Assembly (NCBI GenBank): GCA_937894085.1
Contig: CALCSG010000430.1
Location: forward strand, 97-64,096
Direction: 5' to 3'
From: an uncultured Gammaproteobacteria bacterium
GTDB lineage: Bacteria > Pseudomonadota > Gammaproteobacteria > GCA-001735895
Length of the DNA: 64,000 bases
Positions 10,724 through 19,877 of this stretch are shown here, piece after piece (the first letter of the stretch is position 1; the number at the start of each line of letters is the position of its first letter). The position numbers and the translations under genes are program-made. Below the pieces are notes generated by a model. The model worked only from the letters and a program-made list of their open reading frames with translations, did not search any database and was not told where the DNA came from.

Positions 10724-12136
10724 TTAAAAACTGATTGTTTCCCCCTGGGCTGGAATATTAGCCGTCCAGCCTTCCTGAGCGAGTCGTTCCTGGAGTACCG
10801 TTTTGGCTTCCTGTTCACCGTGAATCAAATACAGGCGGGGATGAGGTTTTTCAAAATGGCTCACCCATTGCAGCAATTGTGACTGACTGGCATGAGCCGA
10901 AAATCCTCCCAGTGTATGAATGGCTGCTTTTACGACTATTTTTTCTCCACCCATACGAAATATTTTTTCTCCATCTACCAGGGCTCTACCTGGCGTACCC
11001 AGTGCCTGATAACCAACGATGACGACATGTGCTCTTTGTCGCCACAAATTATGTTTAAGGTGATGACGAATCCGGCCGCCGTTACACATGCCACTGCCGG
11101 CAATAATAATACAGCCTTCAGCTATACGGTTGAGCGCCATCGATTCATCGGTGCCGAGGGTGTAGCGCAACACGGGCAGGAAACTGTGTAAACTCCTGGA
11201 CCTGGCGAGTTTCATCGATGTCAAATCCTGCTGATTAAAAGTGTTTTGATATCGGTGATAAATTTCTGTGATGGCAATCGCCATCGGGCTATCGAGGAAA
11301 ATGGCCTGTTGTTTGATTAAGCCCTGTTGATACAGTTCGCCCAGACGGAAAATGATTTCCTGGGTTCGACCCACTGCGAATGAGGGTATCAGTATATTGC
11401 CCCCATTTTTCGAGGCTTCAACAATAATGTCTTTAAACTCTTTTACGGTGTCATCCATCGGTTTGTGGTTTCGATCACCATAGGTTGACTCCATTAGCAG
11501 CACATCTGCCTGTTGTACCACGCTCGGATCACGCAACAGCGCTACATCGCTGTTACCCAGATCACCGCTAAAAACCAGTTTTTTTTGTGAACCGTTTTCT
11601 GTAATGAAGAGTTCTACGATGGAAGAGCCCATTATATGTCCGGCATCCTGAAGACACAGTTCCACACCCTCGGCAATTTTCAGTTTCTGCTGATAATTCA
11701 TACCCTCGCAAAGGGTCAGGGTTTGCTCAACATCCTGCAGCGTAAACAGCGGGTCAATTTCGCGCTTACCGGATCTACGCCTGCGCTTGTTTTCCCATTC
11801 AGCATCTCTAAGTTCCAGTGAGGCGGCGTCCTTGAGCATTATTTCCAGCAGTTCACTACTGGCCTGGGTCATGAAAATTGGTCCGTGATAACCTTCGGCA
11901 ACCAGTTTCGGCAGGCGGCCACTGTGATCCAGGTGCGCATGTGAAAGTACGACTGCATCGAGGTTTCCGATTTCAAACGGGAAAGGTTTCTTATTGGCCT
12001 TTTCGTATTTTCGGCTACCCTGAAGCAGGCCACATTCCAGCAGAATTTTCGCCTTATCAGTCTCTAACAGGTAGGCTGATCCGGTGACTCCTTCGGTAGC
12101 GCCGTAAAAAGTTAAGTTAGCCATTACTTTCTCCAT
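10724..12136 (-). CDS. MBL-fold metallo-hydrolase, beta-CASP RNA-metabolising family
   Basis: The HxHxDH motif (SHAHLDHSGRLP) is present, and the C-terminal region looks like a beta-CASP/RMMBL domain. 470 aa. Confidence 0.75.
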   Translation of the reverse strand: MEKVMANLTFYGATEGVTGSAYLLETDKAKILLECGLLQGSRKYEKANKKPFPFEIGNLDAVVLSHAHLDHSGRLPKLVAEGYHGPIFMTQASSELLEIMLKDAASLELRDAEWENKRRRRSGKREIDPLFTLQDVEQTLTLCEGMNYQQKLKIAEGVELCLQDAGHIMGSSIVELFITENGSQKKLVFSGDLGNSDVALLRDPSVVQQADVLLMESTYGDRNHKPMDDTVKEFKDIIVEASKNGGNILIPSFAVGRTQEIIFRLGELYQQGLIKQQAIFLDSPMAIAITEIYHRYQNTFNQQDLTSMKLARSRSLHSFLPVLRYTLGTDESMALNRIAEGCIIIAGSGMCNGGRIRHHLKHNLWRQRAHVVIVGYQALGTPGRALVDGEKIFRMGGEKIVVKAAIHTLGGFSAHASQSQLLQWVSHFEKPHPRLYLIHGEQEAKTVLQERLAQEGWTANIPAQGETISF

Positions 12137-12248
12137 AAAGATTCAGGGTTAAAAATTATCGACTCATGCCTCTGTTAAGGCCTTTAATGCTTGTTCTGGA
12201 GTCTGATCTCTACATTGTTTTTGTTACCGGTATATTTAATAACTCTGT

Positions 12249-12440
12249 TCATAAGCCATTTTTACTATAGCATTTGTAAAATGGCTTTAGATATGACTTG
12301 AAGCTGCCAATGTATAAAAAAATCAAAGCTGGTTTTAATTTTTTATCAACACTCCAGGCTCTGCTGGAGAACAAAATAGAAAAACATAACGCTATTATTA
12401 TTGTAAATATTGAGGCTTTTATTCGAGGCATCCATTTCAC
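12249..12440 (-). CDS. hypothetical small protein (doubtful)
   Basis: 63-aa ORF in an AT-rich intergenic region. No recognisable motif. Confidence 0.2.
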   Translation of the reverse strand: MKWMPRIKASIFTIIIALCFSILFSSRAWSVDKKLKPALIFLYIGSFKSYLKPFYKCYSKNGL

Positions 12441-12455
12441 CTCTGGCTAAAGTAC

Positions 12456-14597
12456 TCATGTCGTTAATTTTCGATAAATATCAGAAATTTTGTAGGGTAG
12501 TTTATTGACATCATCAATCACGATGTAGTTAGCATGTCCGTATAAATGTGGCAGGTAATCACGTGCTTCTTCGTCGATTGTAATACAAAAAGGGTGTATG
12601 CCTTCAAGGCGAGCTTCAAACAATGACATGCGTGTGTCTTCAATGCCGTATTCACCATGGTAGCTGTCATAATCATCCGGTTTACCATCGGATAAGGTAA
12701 TGAGCAGTTTGGTACGTGCCTGGACATCTCGAAAAAGCCGGGTTAAATGACGAATGGTAACGCCCATACGTGTGTAATCCTGCGGTTCGATGGCCGCAAT
12801 TCTGGCTCGAACTTCGTCATCGTAGAGGTCTTCAAAGGTTTTAATGCGGTATAATTCACAACGTTTTCGCGTCATCCCGGAAAAACCATAAATGGCGTAA
12901 CGATCGCCCAGCGATTGCAGTGCTTCACACAGTAAAATCAGCGCTTCGCGTTGAGCAGTGTTGATCCAGCCTTTGGTTGAGCCACTCATGTCGATCATGA
13001 AGATCACTGCTATATTGCGATCAGCTTTATGCGCTTTGGTATAAATTCGAGACGATAATTCCATACCGCTACGAACATCGGCCATAGAGTTTACCAGAGC
13101 ATCTATATCCAGATTTTCCCCGTCGGGCTGTTTTCTTAGCACCTTGTTTTCATCGCGCATGGCTTCAAATGTGCGCCGTAATGTTTTACTCAGACCTTTG
13201 TACTTATTTAAAGTATCGAACACAAACTGGCTGTCATGATCCGGTTTGACTTCTTTTTCACGCAGAGCACACCAGTTTTTGCGGTGTGCCTGGCGGGTAC
13301 AGTCCCATTCGTCATACAGGAAAGCGCCTTCTTCATGGTAAGTACCTTTCCAGACTTCATCCGGATCCAGTTCTTCCTGTTGCTGCGCCTGCCAGGCGTG
13401 ATACGCGCCAGATCCGGCGGCGACCAGGTATTCTTCCGGGATGTCTCCATGGTCCTGAATAATAGAGTCGATCAGGCTTTGTGTTTCTTCATTTGGAATA
13501 GCCGGATTACCATCCAGCTCCAGTTCATAACTGAACCCCTGCGCCTGTTCTGGATCTTGTACCGGTATTTTTTTAAATTTAGCACCATCCTGTGCGGGTT
13601 CGCTATTTTCTTCATCCTGTGCTTCTGCGGGCTCGGGATTTTCCTGCTGATGCCCCATTTCATCGGCCATTTTAGCCAGCGCCAGGCGGAACAGGTCTTT
13701 CTCCTTAATAATTCGTGCCTGCACCACAGCGTTGACCTGTTCGGGTAATAACTGCCCCTGGTAGATAAGCGGTTGCGGGGTTTTCTGCGAGTAAAGCTGG
13801 CCGATTAATGCAATAGAATCCCCTGCATCGGCAGTCCTGTTGCTCAGATCTTTAATTATTCCCTCAGGTAACTGTTGTTCAAGTGTAACAGTTTCAAAGC
13901 TTGACATCTGTCGATACAATCCGGGGAAATCACGTTTAATACAGGCTTTCAGGCGGATTGTTTCGAGGCTGTGAAACAGTGCCAGTGCCTTCTGTTTGTT
14001 TTTATAGGCGTCTAACTCCGCTGTGACATCGACTATCCAGGTACCATACCAGGTTTGTGCCCATTGATGCACTGCCATGACTTTGTACAGGTTGAAATTG
14101 GTTTTCGAATCGTCTGATTCGCACACCACTTCCGGTAGATGAATGGTCTCGGTATCAGTGAACAAAGTTTCATGAGCTTTGATCTTTAATGGACGTCCAT
14201 TCAGGCCATGCAGGAAGTTTTCCAGTACTCCTTTGACATCATTTAACGCACTACCTTTCTGCAATAGATGAAATTGTGCGATAAATTCATCCAGGTTTTT
14301 AATGACCTGGTTAGCAGGGTAGAGGCCGGCAGAGAAGTAAATGTCCAGTGCTGATTGTAACCATTGTTCGGTACCCTGCTGGCCAATTGCCTGTAGCGCC
14401 TTTTTAGCTTTTTCTGCATATTGATAAGCCAGCTCCGGTTGCGTTTTGGCGATGGAGGTAACCCAGTTTAGTACATATTCCTGCAACTCTTTATCCTGAT
14501 CCAGGATAAACTCTGTCACTTCATCAACCGTCCAGCTATTGTAAAAATAGGGAGTTAGAATATCAGTTAGGCTGTTAGCAAATTCAGTATTGGGCAC
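12456..14597 (-). CDS. vWA-domain protein of the CbbO/NorD family
   Basis: 713 aa. The C-terminal von Willebrand A domain has a MIDAS-like motif (IFMIDMSGSTKG ... TLSDGKPDD). An acidic linker and an N-terminal helical region are present, as in CbbO. No adjacent AAA+ CbbQ/NorQ partner. Confidence 0.65.
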   Translation of the reverse strand: MPNTEFANSLTDILTPYFYNSWTVDEVTEFILDQDKELQEYVLNWVTSIAKTQPELAYQYAEKAKKALQAIGQQGTEQWLQSALDIYFSAGLYPANQVIKNLDEFIAQFHLLQKGSALNDVKGVLENFLHGLNGRPLKIKAHETLFTDTETIHLPEVVCESDDSKTNFNLYKVMAVHQWAQTWYGTWIVDVTAELDAYKNKQKALALFHSLETIRLKACIKRDFPGLYRQMSSFETVTLEQQLPEGIIKDLSNRTADAGDSIALIGQLYSQKTPQPLIYQGQLLPEQVNAVVQARIIKEKDLFRLALAKMADEMGHQQENPEPAEAQDEENSEPAQDGAKFKKIPVQDPEQAQGFSYELELDGNPAIPNEETQSLIDSIIQDHGDIPEEYLVAAGSGAYHAWQAQQQEELDPDEVWKGTYHEEGAFLYDEWDCTRQAHRKNWCALREKEVKPDHDSQFVFDTLNKYKGLSKTLRRTFEAMRDENKVLRKQPDGENLDIDALVNSMADVRSGMELSSRIYTKAHKADRNIAVIFMIDMSGSTKGWINTAQREALILLCEALQSLGDRYAIYGFSGMTRKRCELYRIKTFEDLYDDEVRARIAAIEPQDYTRMGVTIRHLTRLFRDVQARTKLLITLSDGKPDDYDSYHGEYGIEDTRMSLFEARLEGIHPFCITIDEEARDYLPHLYGHANYIVIDDVNKLPYKISDIYRKLTT

Positions 14598-15120
14598 GAT
14601 CTGTTACGGGTCAAAAAAATGATTATAACAGGCATTGCTGTGGTATTTATCTAAAAGGCTAAGGGCTATAGCGCAAAAATTTTCCTGGCTACCCCTGAGG
14701 CTCAGCTAGTTAATCTCTTTGAAAAAATACTCACCACAGAGGACACGAAGAGCACAGAGGAAGAGAATGGTGTTAATTATTACTACATTTCAATAAGTTT
14801 AACCTATTTTCGCCATGAGCAACTTTGTTAAGCTTAAATACCGGGATGGCTGAAGCTCAATGGTAAGCAGGGAAATTTTTCTGGTTATACCTGAAACTCA
14901 GCTTATTTCAGGGTTTAGCAATAAATTTATTTCGCAAAGGCGCGGAGGGCTCAAGGGAGAAGCAGGGGCAATAAATCTTTTCAATAAATATCAAGCAGTC
15001 TTATCTTTGCGTTCGTTGTGGCTTTGCGAGGGGAAATGTTTTTTTATCAGGCTAACTGTAGCTTTATCTGGCTATCCTGAACGGGTGTCAGAATAGCCAG
15101 AAATCGCGTTTATCTTTGTA

Positions 15121-16260
15121 TTAACTTTCGAATTTACCGCTTTGTAAGCGTTGGGCTTCCATGTTTTCTATCTCTCTGGCACCAGAGATCACAACTTCCG
15201 GATCTGGAACGAAGTTCAGTTTTTGCTTTCCGCGTCTGTAGGGAACTGAATTTAAAATGACTTTCATGGCATTTAACCTGGCCAGGTGTTTGTTATTAGA
15301 GCGGATAATCGTCCACGGTGCATGGGTACTGTGTGTCTGTCTCAGCATCTGATATTTGACGTTGGTAAATTCATCCCAGCGTTCCTGAGCCTGCACATCG
15401 ACTTCACTTAGTTTCCACTGTCTAAGAGGATCTGTTTTACGGCGGGTGAAGCGTCTGTCCTGTTCTTCTTTAGTTACACTGAAATAAAGTTTAACTATGA
15501 TCGTGCCCTGTCTAACCAGGTCTTTTTCGAAGCCTGTTACACCCTGCATGAAATTTTCATACTCTTCTTCGGTGCAAAATCCGAATACAGGTTCAACCAT
15601 AGCGCGGTTATACCAGCTTCGATCAAATAAAACGACTTCACCACCCCTGGGGAATTGACGAACGTATTTCTGGAAAAACCATTCGGACTTTTCGTGTTCT
15701 GTGGGTTTACCGAGTGCGACTATACGGTAATGTTTTTCATTCATGTAACGTTCAACACGACGGATGGTACCGCCTTTGCCTGAAGCATCCCTTCCTTCGA
15801 ACAGAATGATCATGCGTTGTTTATGTTTTTCGAGATATTGCTGCATCTTTATCAGTTCGGCCTGATAAGGCATTAACTCTTTTTCACGAAGGTAGCGACG
15901 GTAAGCTTTTTTCTTGGTTTTTTTAAGCTCGGCAGCGGTGGCAATATCCTGTTTAGTGGGATTGGCTGGTTTTTTGTTGCCTGCTGACTTCTTTATGCCA
16001 GGAGCAGCTTTCTTATTTGCTGCAGAGGCCGGACTCTTTATGTCCGTAGAGACTGTCTTCTTTTCTATCGAAGCAGGACTCTGTTTTACTGTAGGCGCTG
16101 CTTTCTTTTTAACTGTAGACGTGGCTTTCTTTTTAACCGTAGTGGCTGCCTTTTTAACTGAAGTTTCAGGGGCGGCTTTAACTGAAGTTTCAGGGGCGGC
16201 TTTAACTGAAGTAGTAGGGGCGGCGTCAGATTTGGGGATAGTATCTTGTTCGTTGCTCAT
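15121..16260 (-). CDS. polyphosphate kinase 2 with Lys/Ala/Pro/Thr-rich N-terminal extension
   Basis: The PPK2 core carries Walker A FEGRDASGKGGTI. The first ~110 aa are KAAP/TSVK repeats (histone H1/AlgP-like), encoded by tandem DNA repeats. Confidence 0.85.
   Translation of the reverse strand: MSNEQDTIPKSDAAPTTSVKAAPETSVKAAPETSVKKAATTVKKKATSTVKKKAAPTVKQSPASIEKKTVSTDIKSPASAANKKAAPGIKKSAGNKKPANPTKQDIATAAELKKTKKKAYRRYLREKELMPYQAELIKMQQYLEKHKQRMIILFEGRDASGKGGTIRRVERYMNEKHYRIVALGKPTEHEKSEWFFQKYVRQFPRGGEVVLFDRSWYNRAMVEPVFGFCTEEEYENFMQGVTGFEKDLVRQGTIIVKLYFSVTKEEQDRRFTRRKTDPLRQWKLSEVDVQAQERWDEFTNVKYQMLRQTHSTHAPWTIIRSNNKHLARLNAMKVILNSVPYRRGKQKLNFVPDPEVVISGAREIENMEAQRLQSGKFES
16096..16224. repeat. 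imperfect ~24-bp tandem repeats inside the PPK2 N-terminal coding region
   Basis: ggcggctttaactgaagtttcagg occurs 2-3 times, plus degenerate upstream copies. They encode the repeated SVKAAPET units. Confidence 0.6.
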
Positions 16261-16420
16261 AAGTTGCTTATCCGGAAAATAATAAATGATCAGTGCTTAA
16301 CGTATTATTAGTATGTTAAATCTAAATTGAAATGATACACCTTATCGGCAGGAGTGTGATAGTTACCGGGGTTGGGTTTGATGCAGGTCAACCCCGGTAA
16401 CGATGGACGCTTGTTAGGTG

Positions 16421-17266
16421 TTATGGGAAAACATCCGGTATAAATGTCTGATCAGACATCGGTGGCCTGACATAACCTATACCTTCTTCCCGTTTCGGTA
16501 ATTTTATCGGTTCCGGAGTAAGGTCATCATAAGGAATCAAGCTTAATAAATGAGAGATACAGTTAATGCGGGCATGTTTTTTGATGTCAGATTTAACTAC
16601 GTACCAGGGTGCCTGTTTGATATCAGTATGCGCAAACATAACATCTTTGGCTTTTGAGTATTCAACCCAGCGTTTACGTGACTCAAGATCCATTGGACTT
16701 AGTTTCCAGCGCTTATGTGGTTCCACCAGTCGGCTCTGAAAACGATGTTCCTGTTCTTCATCGGATACGGAGAACCAGTATTTTATCAGGATGATACCTG
16801 AGCGAACCAGCATACGTTCAAATTCTGGGCAGGAGCGCAAAAACTCCTGGTATTCTTCATCGGTGCAAAAGCCCATTACTTTTTCGACACCAGCGCGGTT
16901 GTACCAGCTGCGATCGAACATGACTATTTCACCTGCCGCAGGAAGATGGGGGACATAGCGTTGAAAATACCACTCGCTTTGCTGTCTTTCTGTGGGAGCC
17001 GGTAATGCAGCTACTCGACAGATGCGTGGATTGAGATGCTGGTCTATACGTTTAATGACTCCACCCTTACCAGCTGCATCACGACCTTCAAATAAAACAA
17101 CGACTTTCAGGCCTTTGTGAGTTACCCAGGCCTGTAATTTGACCAGCTCAAGTTGTAACTTGAACAGCTCCTTTTCATATCGTTTATTCTCAATCTTTTT
17201 TTGTGCTTTCTTTTTGGCTTTATCTGTTTTATCTGCTTTTAGTGGTTTCTTCTTGGTATCGCTCAT
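16421..17266 (-). CDS. polyphosphate kinase 2
   Basis: 281 aa with Walker A FEGRDAAGKGGVI. It is a paralogue of the neighbouring PPK2. Confidence 0.85.
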   Translation of the reverse strand: MSDTKKKPLKADKTDKAKKKAQKKIENKRYEKELFKLQLELVKLQAWVTHKGLKVVVLFEGRDAAGKGGVIKRIDQHLNPRICRVAALPAPTERQQSEWYFQRYVPHLPAAGEIVMFDRSWYNRAGVEKVMGFCTDEEYQEFLRSCPEFERMLVRSGIILIKYWFSVSDEEQEHRFQSRLVEPHKRWKLSPMDLESRKRWVEYSKAKDVMFAHTDIKQAPWYVVKSDIKKHARINCISHLLSLIPYDDLTPEPIKLPKREEGIGYVRPPMSDQTFIPDVFP

Positions 17267-17360
17267 AACCTCTCCTGTGGGCCGGGCTTATTTTAGCTGG
17301 CTAGTATAGTCTACTTTAATAGGTATATAAATTGCTTTAGGTCAATAATTTTTAATTCAA

Positions 17361-18170
17361 TCACTTCTGGCAACTGGTACAGTAAAAAGTGGAACGTTGG
17401 GCCTGAATGATGCGAGAAACAGGTTTTCCACAGTTGGGACAGGCAGTTTTATTGCCATAGACATTCAGCTTTTGTGCAAAATACCCGGGTTGACCATCTG
17501 TCTGGGTGAAATCCTGTAAGGTGGTGCCTCCCAGTTGAATAGCCTGTTGTAGCACGGATTTAATTGAATTAACCAGTTTTTCCAGCCTGTGAAAGCTTAT
17601 TTTACAGGCTTTTGTTCTGGGGTTTATGCCACTTAGGAAAAGGCTTTCACAGGCATAGATATTGCCGATTCCTACGACTGTGTGACTATCCATAATCAGG
17701 GTTTTAATCGGGCTTGATCGAGTTGCACATTTTTGTTGCAGGTACTCGGTATTAAACTCTTCGGTAAGTGGCTCCGGGCCAAGATCGCAGATTAGTTTAT
17801 GGCATAAAGGGTCAGAGTCTGTGTAGAGTAAGGCCCCGAAGCGACGCGGATCAATATAACGCAGGGAAAACCCGTCATGCAGCGTTATCTTGATATGTTC
17901 GTGTTTACTGCCCGGTTGCTGATCGGCTAACAGGCGCATACTACCCGACATGCCAAGATGCCAGATCATGTTGCCCTGGTCGGTGTACATCAAAATATAC
18001 TTGGCTCGACGACTTAGACTATTAATTGTTGCCTGTTGCAGGGTTAAAATTTCTGCCGGAACCGGCCAGCGCAATTTTGGTTGTTTAATTTGTATCGAAG
18101 TTATGGTGCGATTAATTAAATGGGGTTGCAGTCCTCGCAGAGTGGTTTCTACTTCGGGTAACTCTGGCAT
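17361..18170 (-). CDS. mutM: formamidopyrimidine-DNA glycosylase
   Basis: N-terminal MPELPEVE and a C-terminal C4 zinc finger (CPNCG...CTSCQ). Confidence 0.9.
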   Translation of the reverse strand: MPELPEVETTLRGLQPHLINRTITSIQIKQPKLRWPVPAEILTLQQATINSLSRRAKYILMYTDQGNMIWHLGMSGSMRLLADQQPGSKHEHIKITLHDGFSLRYIDPRRFGALLYTDSDPLCHKLICDLGPEPLTEEFNTEYLQQKCATRSSPIKTLIMDSHTVVGIGNIYACESLFLSGINPRTKACKISFHRLEKLVNSIKSVLQQAIQLGGTTLQDFTQTDGQPGYFAQKLNVYGNKTACPNCGKPVSRIIQAQRSTFYCTSCQK

Positions 18171-18241
18171 TTTACTGTTGCGTCCTGTAATAGTTAGCTG
18201 TTAAGAGGTTAACAATTGAGTCAGGCCCATTAATTAAGGAG

Positions 18242-19033
18242 TTAACGATCCGATAACACCCAGGCCAGGGCGATACCTGCTGTCCAGTTACTGGTTTCAG
18301 ATACCAGGGGACTATCCCGTATGACGCTGTTATTGAGGTTGTCATTACGAATAAATCCACCTAACCAGTATTTTCCTATACGTTTGCTGTAAGTAAATTC
18401 AGTTCTGAAACCAGTGTATCCCTGTTCGCTGCTAAAGGCAGCTCTTTGCGAAGTTACTTCGTTTTCCTGTACATCATAGTAATAACTATTGAAGTTCTGG
18501 TCAGCAAACACAGGACCGCCAGCTACTCGAAGTTTCCAGTCAAATTTGCTTTTAGCCGGTTTTCTCCAGGCAATTTTGGGGTTTAAAATTTGCCCGACAT
18601 ATCCGGACTGCTGGCCAATGCTAAAGGCTAATCGTAACGGAATTTCTAACCAGACAGAGGTGCTGTCATCATGCGTCAGGCGATATTCCAGTGACGGCCC
18701 AAATTCAATGCCGGCATCCAGTTTATCCATGCCTTCACGTGTCGGGTTATCATCCGGACCGGGTAAAGTGCCATTACCACTGATGGAAAGCAGTAAATCC
18801 GGTGTATTAAAAAGACGTGCTTCAACTCCATCATCGATGCGTAAGCGTTCACCCCGGTATTTCAGATAGGGAAATGGCGCGAATACTGTTTGACTATATG
18901 TTGAGCCAATATAGTCAGGTGTATGGAGCATCACTACTCCAACTCCCCATTCCAGTTTAGCATGACCGGGAACATGATCAGCACCGGCTGAGAAACTGAA
19001 TAGTAAACTGAGTGCCAGCAGGTATTTATTCAT
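18242..19033 (-). CDS. MipA/OmpV-family outer-membrane protein
   Basis: Signal peptide, alternating beta-strand pattern and aromatic-rich C-terminal end. The start is placed at MNKYLL to avoid overlapping the upstream gene. Confidence 0.65.
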   Translation of the reverse strand: MNKYLLALSLLFSFSAGADHVPGHAKLEWGVGVVMLHTPDYIGSTYSQTVFAPFPYLKYRGERLRIDDGVEARLFNTPDLLLSISGNGTLPGPDDNPTREGMDKLDAGIEFGPSLEYRLTHDDSTSVWLEIPLRLAFSIGQQSGYVGQILNPKIAWRKPAKSKFDWKLRVAGGPVFADQNFNSYYYDVQENEVTSQRAAFSSEQGYTGFRTEFTYSKRIGKYWLGGFIRNDNLNNSVIRDSPLVSETSNWTAGIALAWVLSDR

Positions 19034-19877
19034 TAACAGTTCCATCGGGTCGTTTTAGCGAAAACAGGTCATAGTAGTGGTTATCTGCAAAGTGATATTG
19101 AATATTCAGATCGGGCCTGGCAATAATTATTTCAGGTGATATTGATAGCACGAAAAAATCAATTTGTTGTGCATTTTGCAGGACCGCTTTAATTTTGTGT
19201 AGCGGGGTTAAAGATTTGTCATAGGGTTTGATCCTGGCCTGTTTGTGCTGCCAGTTTTTAAGTAATCGCTCAACATTTTCCGCGCTGTCATCTGGGTTAC
19301 CTGATGACCATCCGGAGTCCTTCTTATGCAGTTTGAAACCTGCAAACTGAAGTTCTTTCAGTTCCAGTTGTGACGGTAATAAACGCTTATCCAGTAAGCC
19401 ACTTAAGCCTTCACTGATAAAAATATAATGAATATCAGAAGCTAAATAGACATTCGGATCAACCATTATATATCGACGGTTACCAATCCGGTTGGTATCC
19501 CCGAAATAAATACTTTTGTTATTGAGTGTCACTACAGCTTTAGGGATTCTCAGCCCCAGAGTGGATAAGTCTATCTGCTCTCTGGGTAATTTAGATTGAG
19601 GTTCAAGGCTGGCCAGTGTGGTCAGACGTTCTGCGGCAATGTTATCGGCAAACCAGTTAACCGGGCTTTGTAACATCCAGCTTAGCCCCTGTTTTTGTAA
19701 CACAATAGTACCATCCGCAGTTTCTATTTTTATATCAGTTATATTTTTAGCGTGAAGAGTAGTAATAGCATTTCGGTTAATCTTCTGGTCTTCTGTAATA
19801 GGGTATTTTACGCCAATCCAGGTGAGGATAATGATCAGCACAAGTAACAGATAATTAATCAGCATGCGCTTTGACAT
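19026..19877 (-). CDS. DUF4340-like protein (ABC-2/GldG module accessory)
   Basis: N-terminal transmembrane anchor. It lies directly downstream of, and overlaps, the GldG-like gene, which is typical of the four-gene module. Confidence 0.45.
   Translation of the reverse strand: MSKRMLINYLLLVLIIILTWIGVKYPITEDQKINRNAITTLHAKNITDIKIETADGTIVLQKQGLSWMLQSPVNWFADNIAAERLTTLASLEPQSKLPREQIDLSTLGLRIPKAVVTLNNKSIYFGDTNRIGNRRYIMVDPNVYLASDIHYIFISEGLSGLLDKRLLPSQLELKELQFAGFKLHKKDSGWSSGNPDDSAENVERLLKNWQHKQARIKPYDKSLTPLHKIKAVLQNAQQIDFFVLSISPEIIIARPDLNIQYHFADNHYYDLFSLKRPDGTVNE

Noticed and set aside
10689-10818. Longer N-terminus for the P-type ATPase (ORF to 10818)
   Set aside because: It would overlap the upstream MBL-fold gene by 95 nt in a different frame. 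The internal Met at 10689 (MPKHQP) starts cleanly after that gene's stop codon.
13236-13748. 170-aa plus-strand ORF inside the vWA gene
   Set aside because: It is antisense to the CbbO/NorD-like gene and lacks any motif.
15914-16282. 122-aa plus-strand ORF
   Set aside because: It is antisense to the repeat-encoding 5' end of the PPK2 gene and has a low-complexity Ala/Phe/Leu translation.
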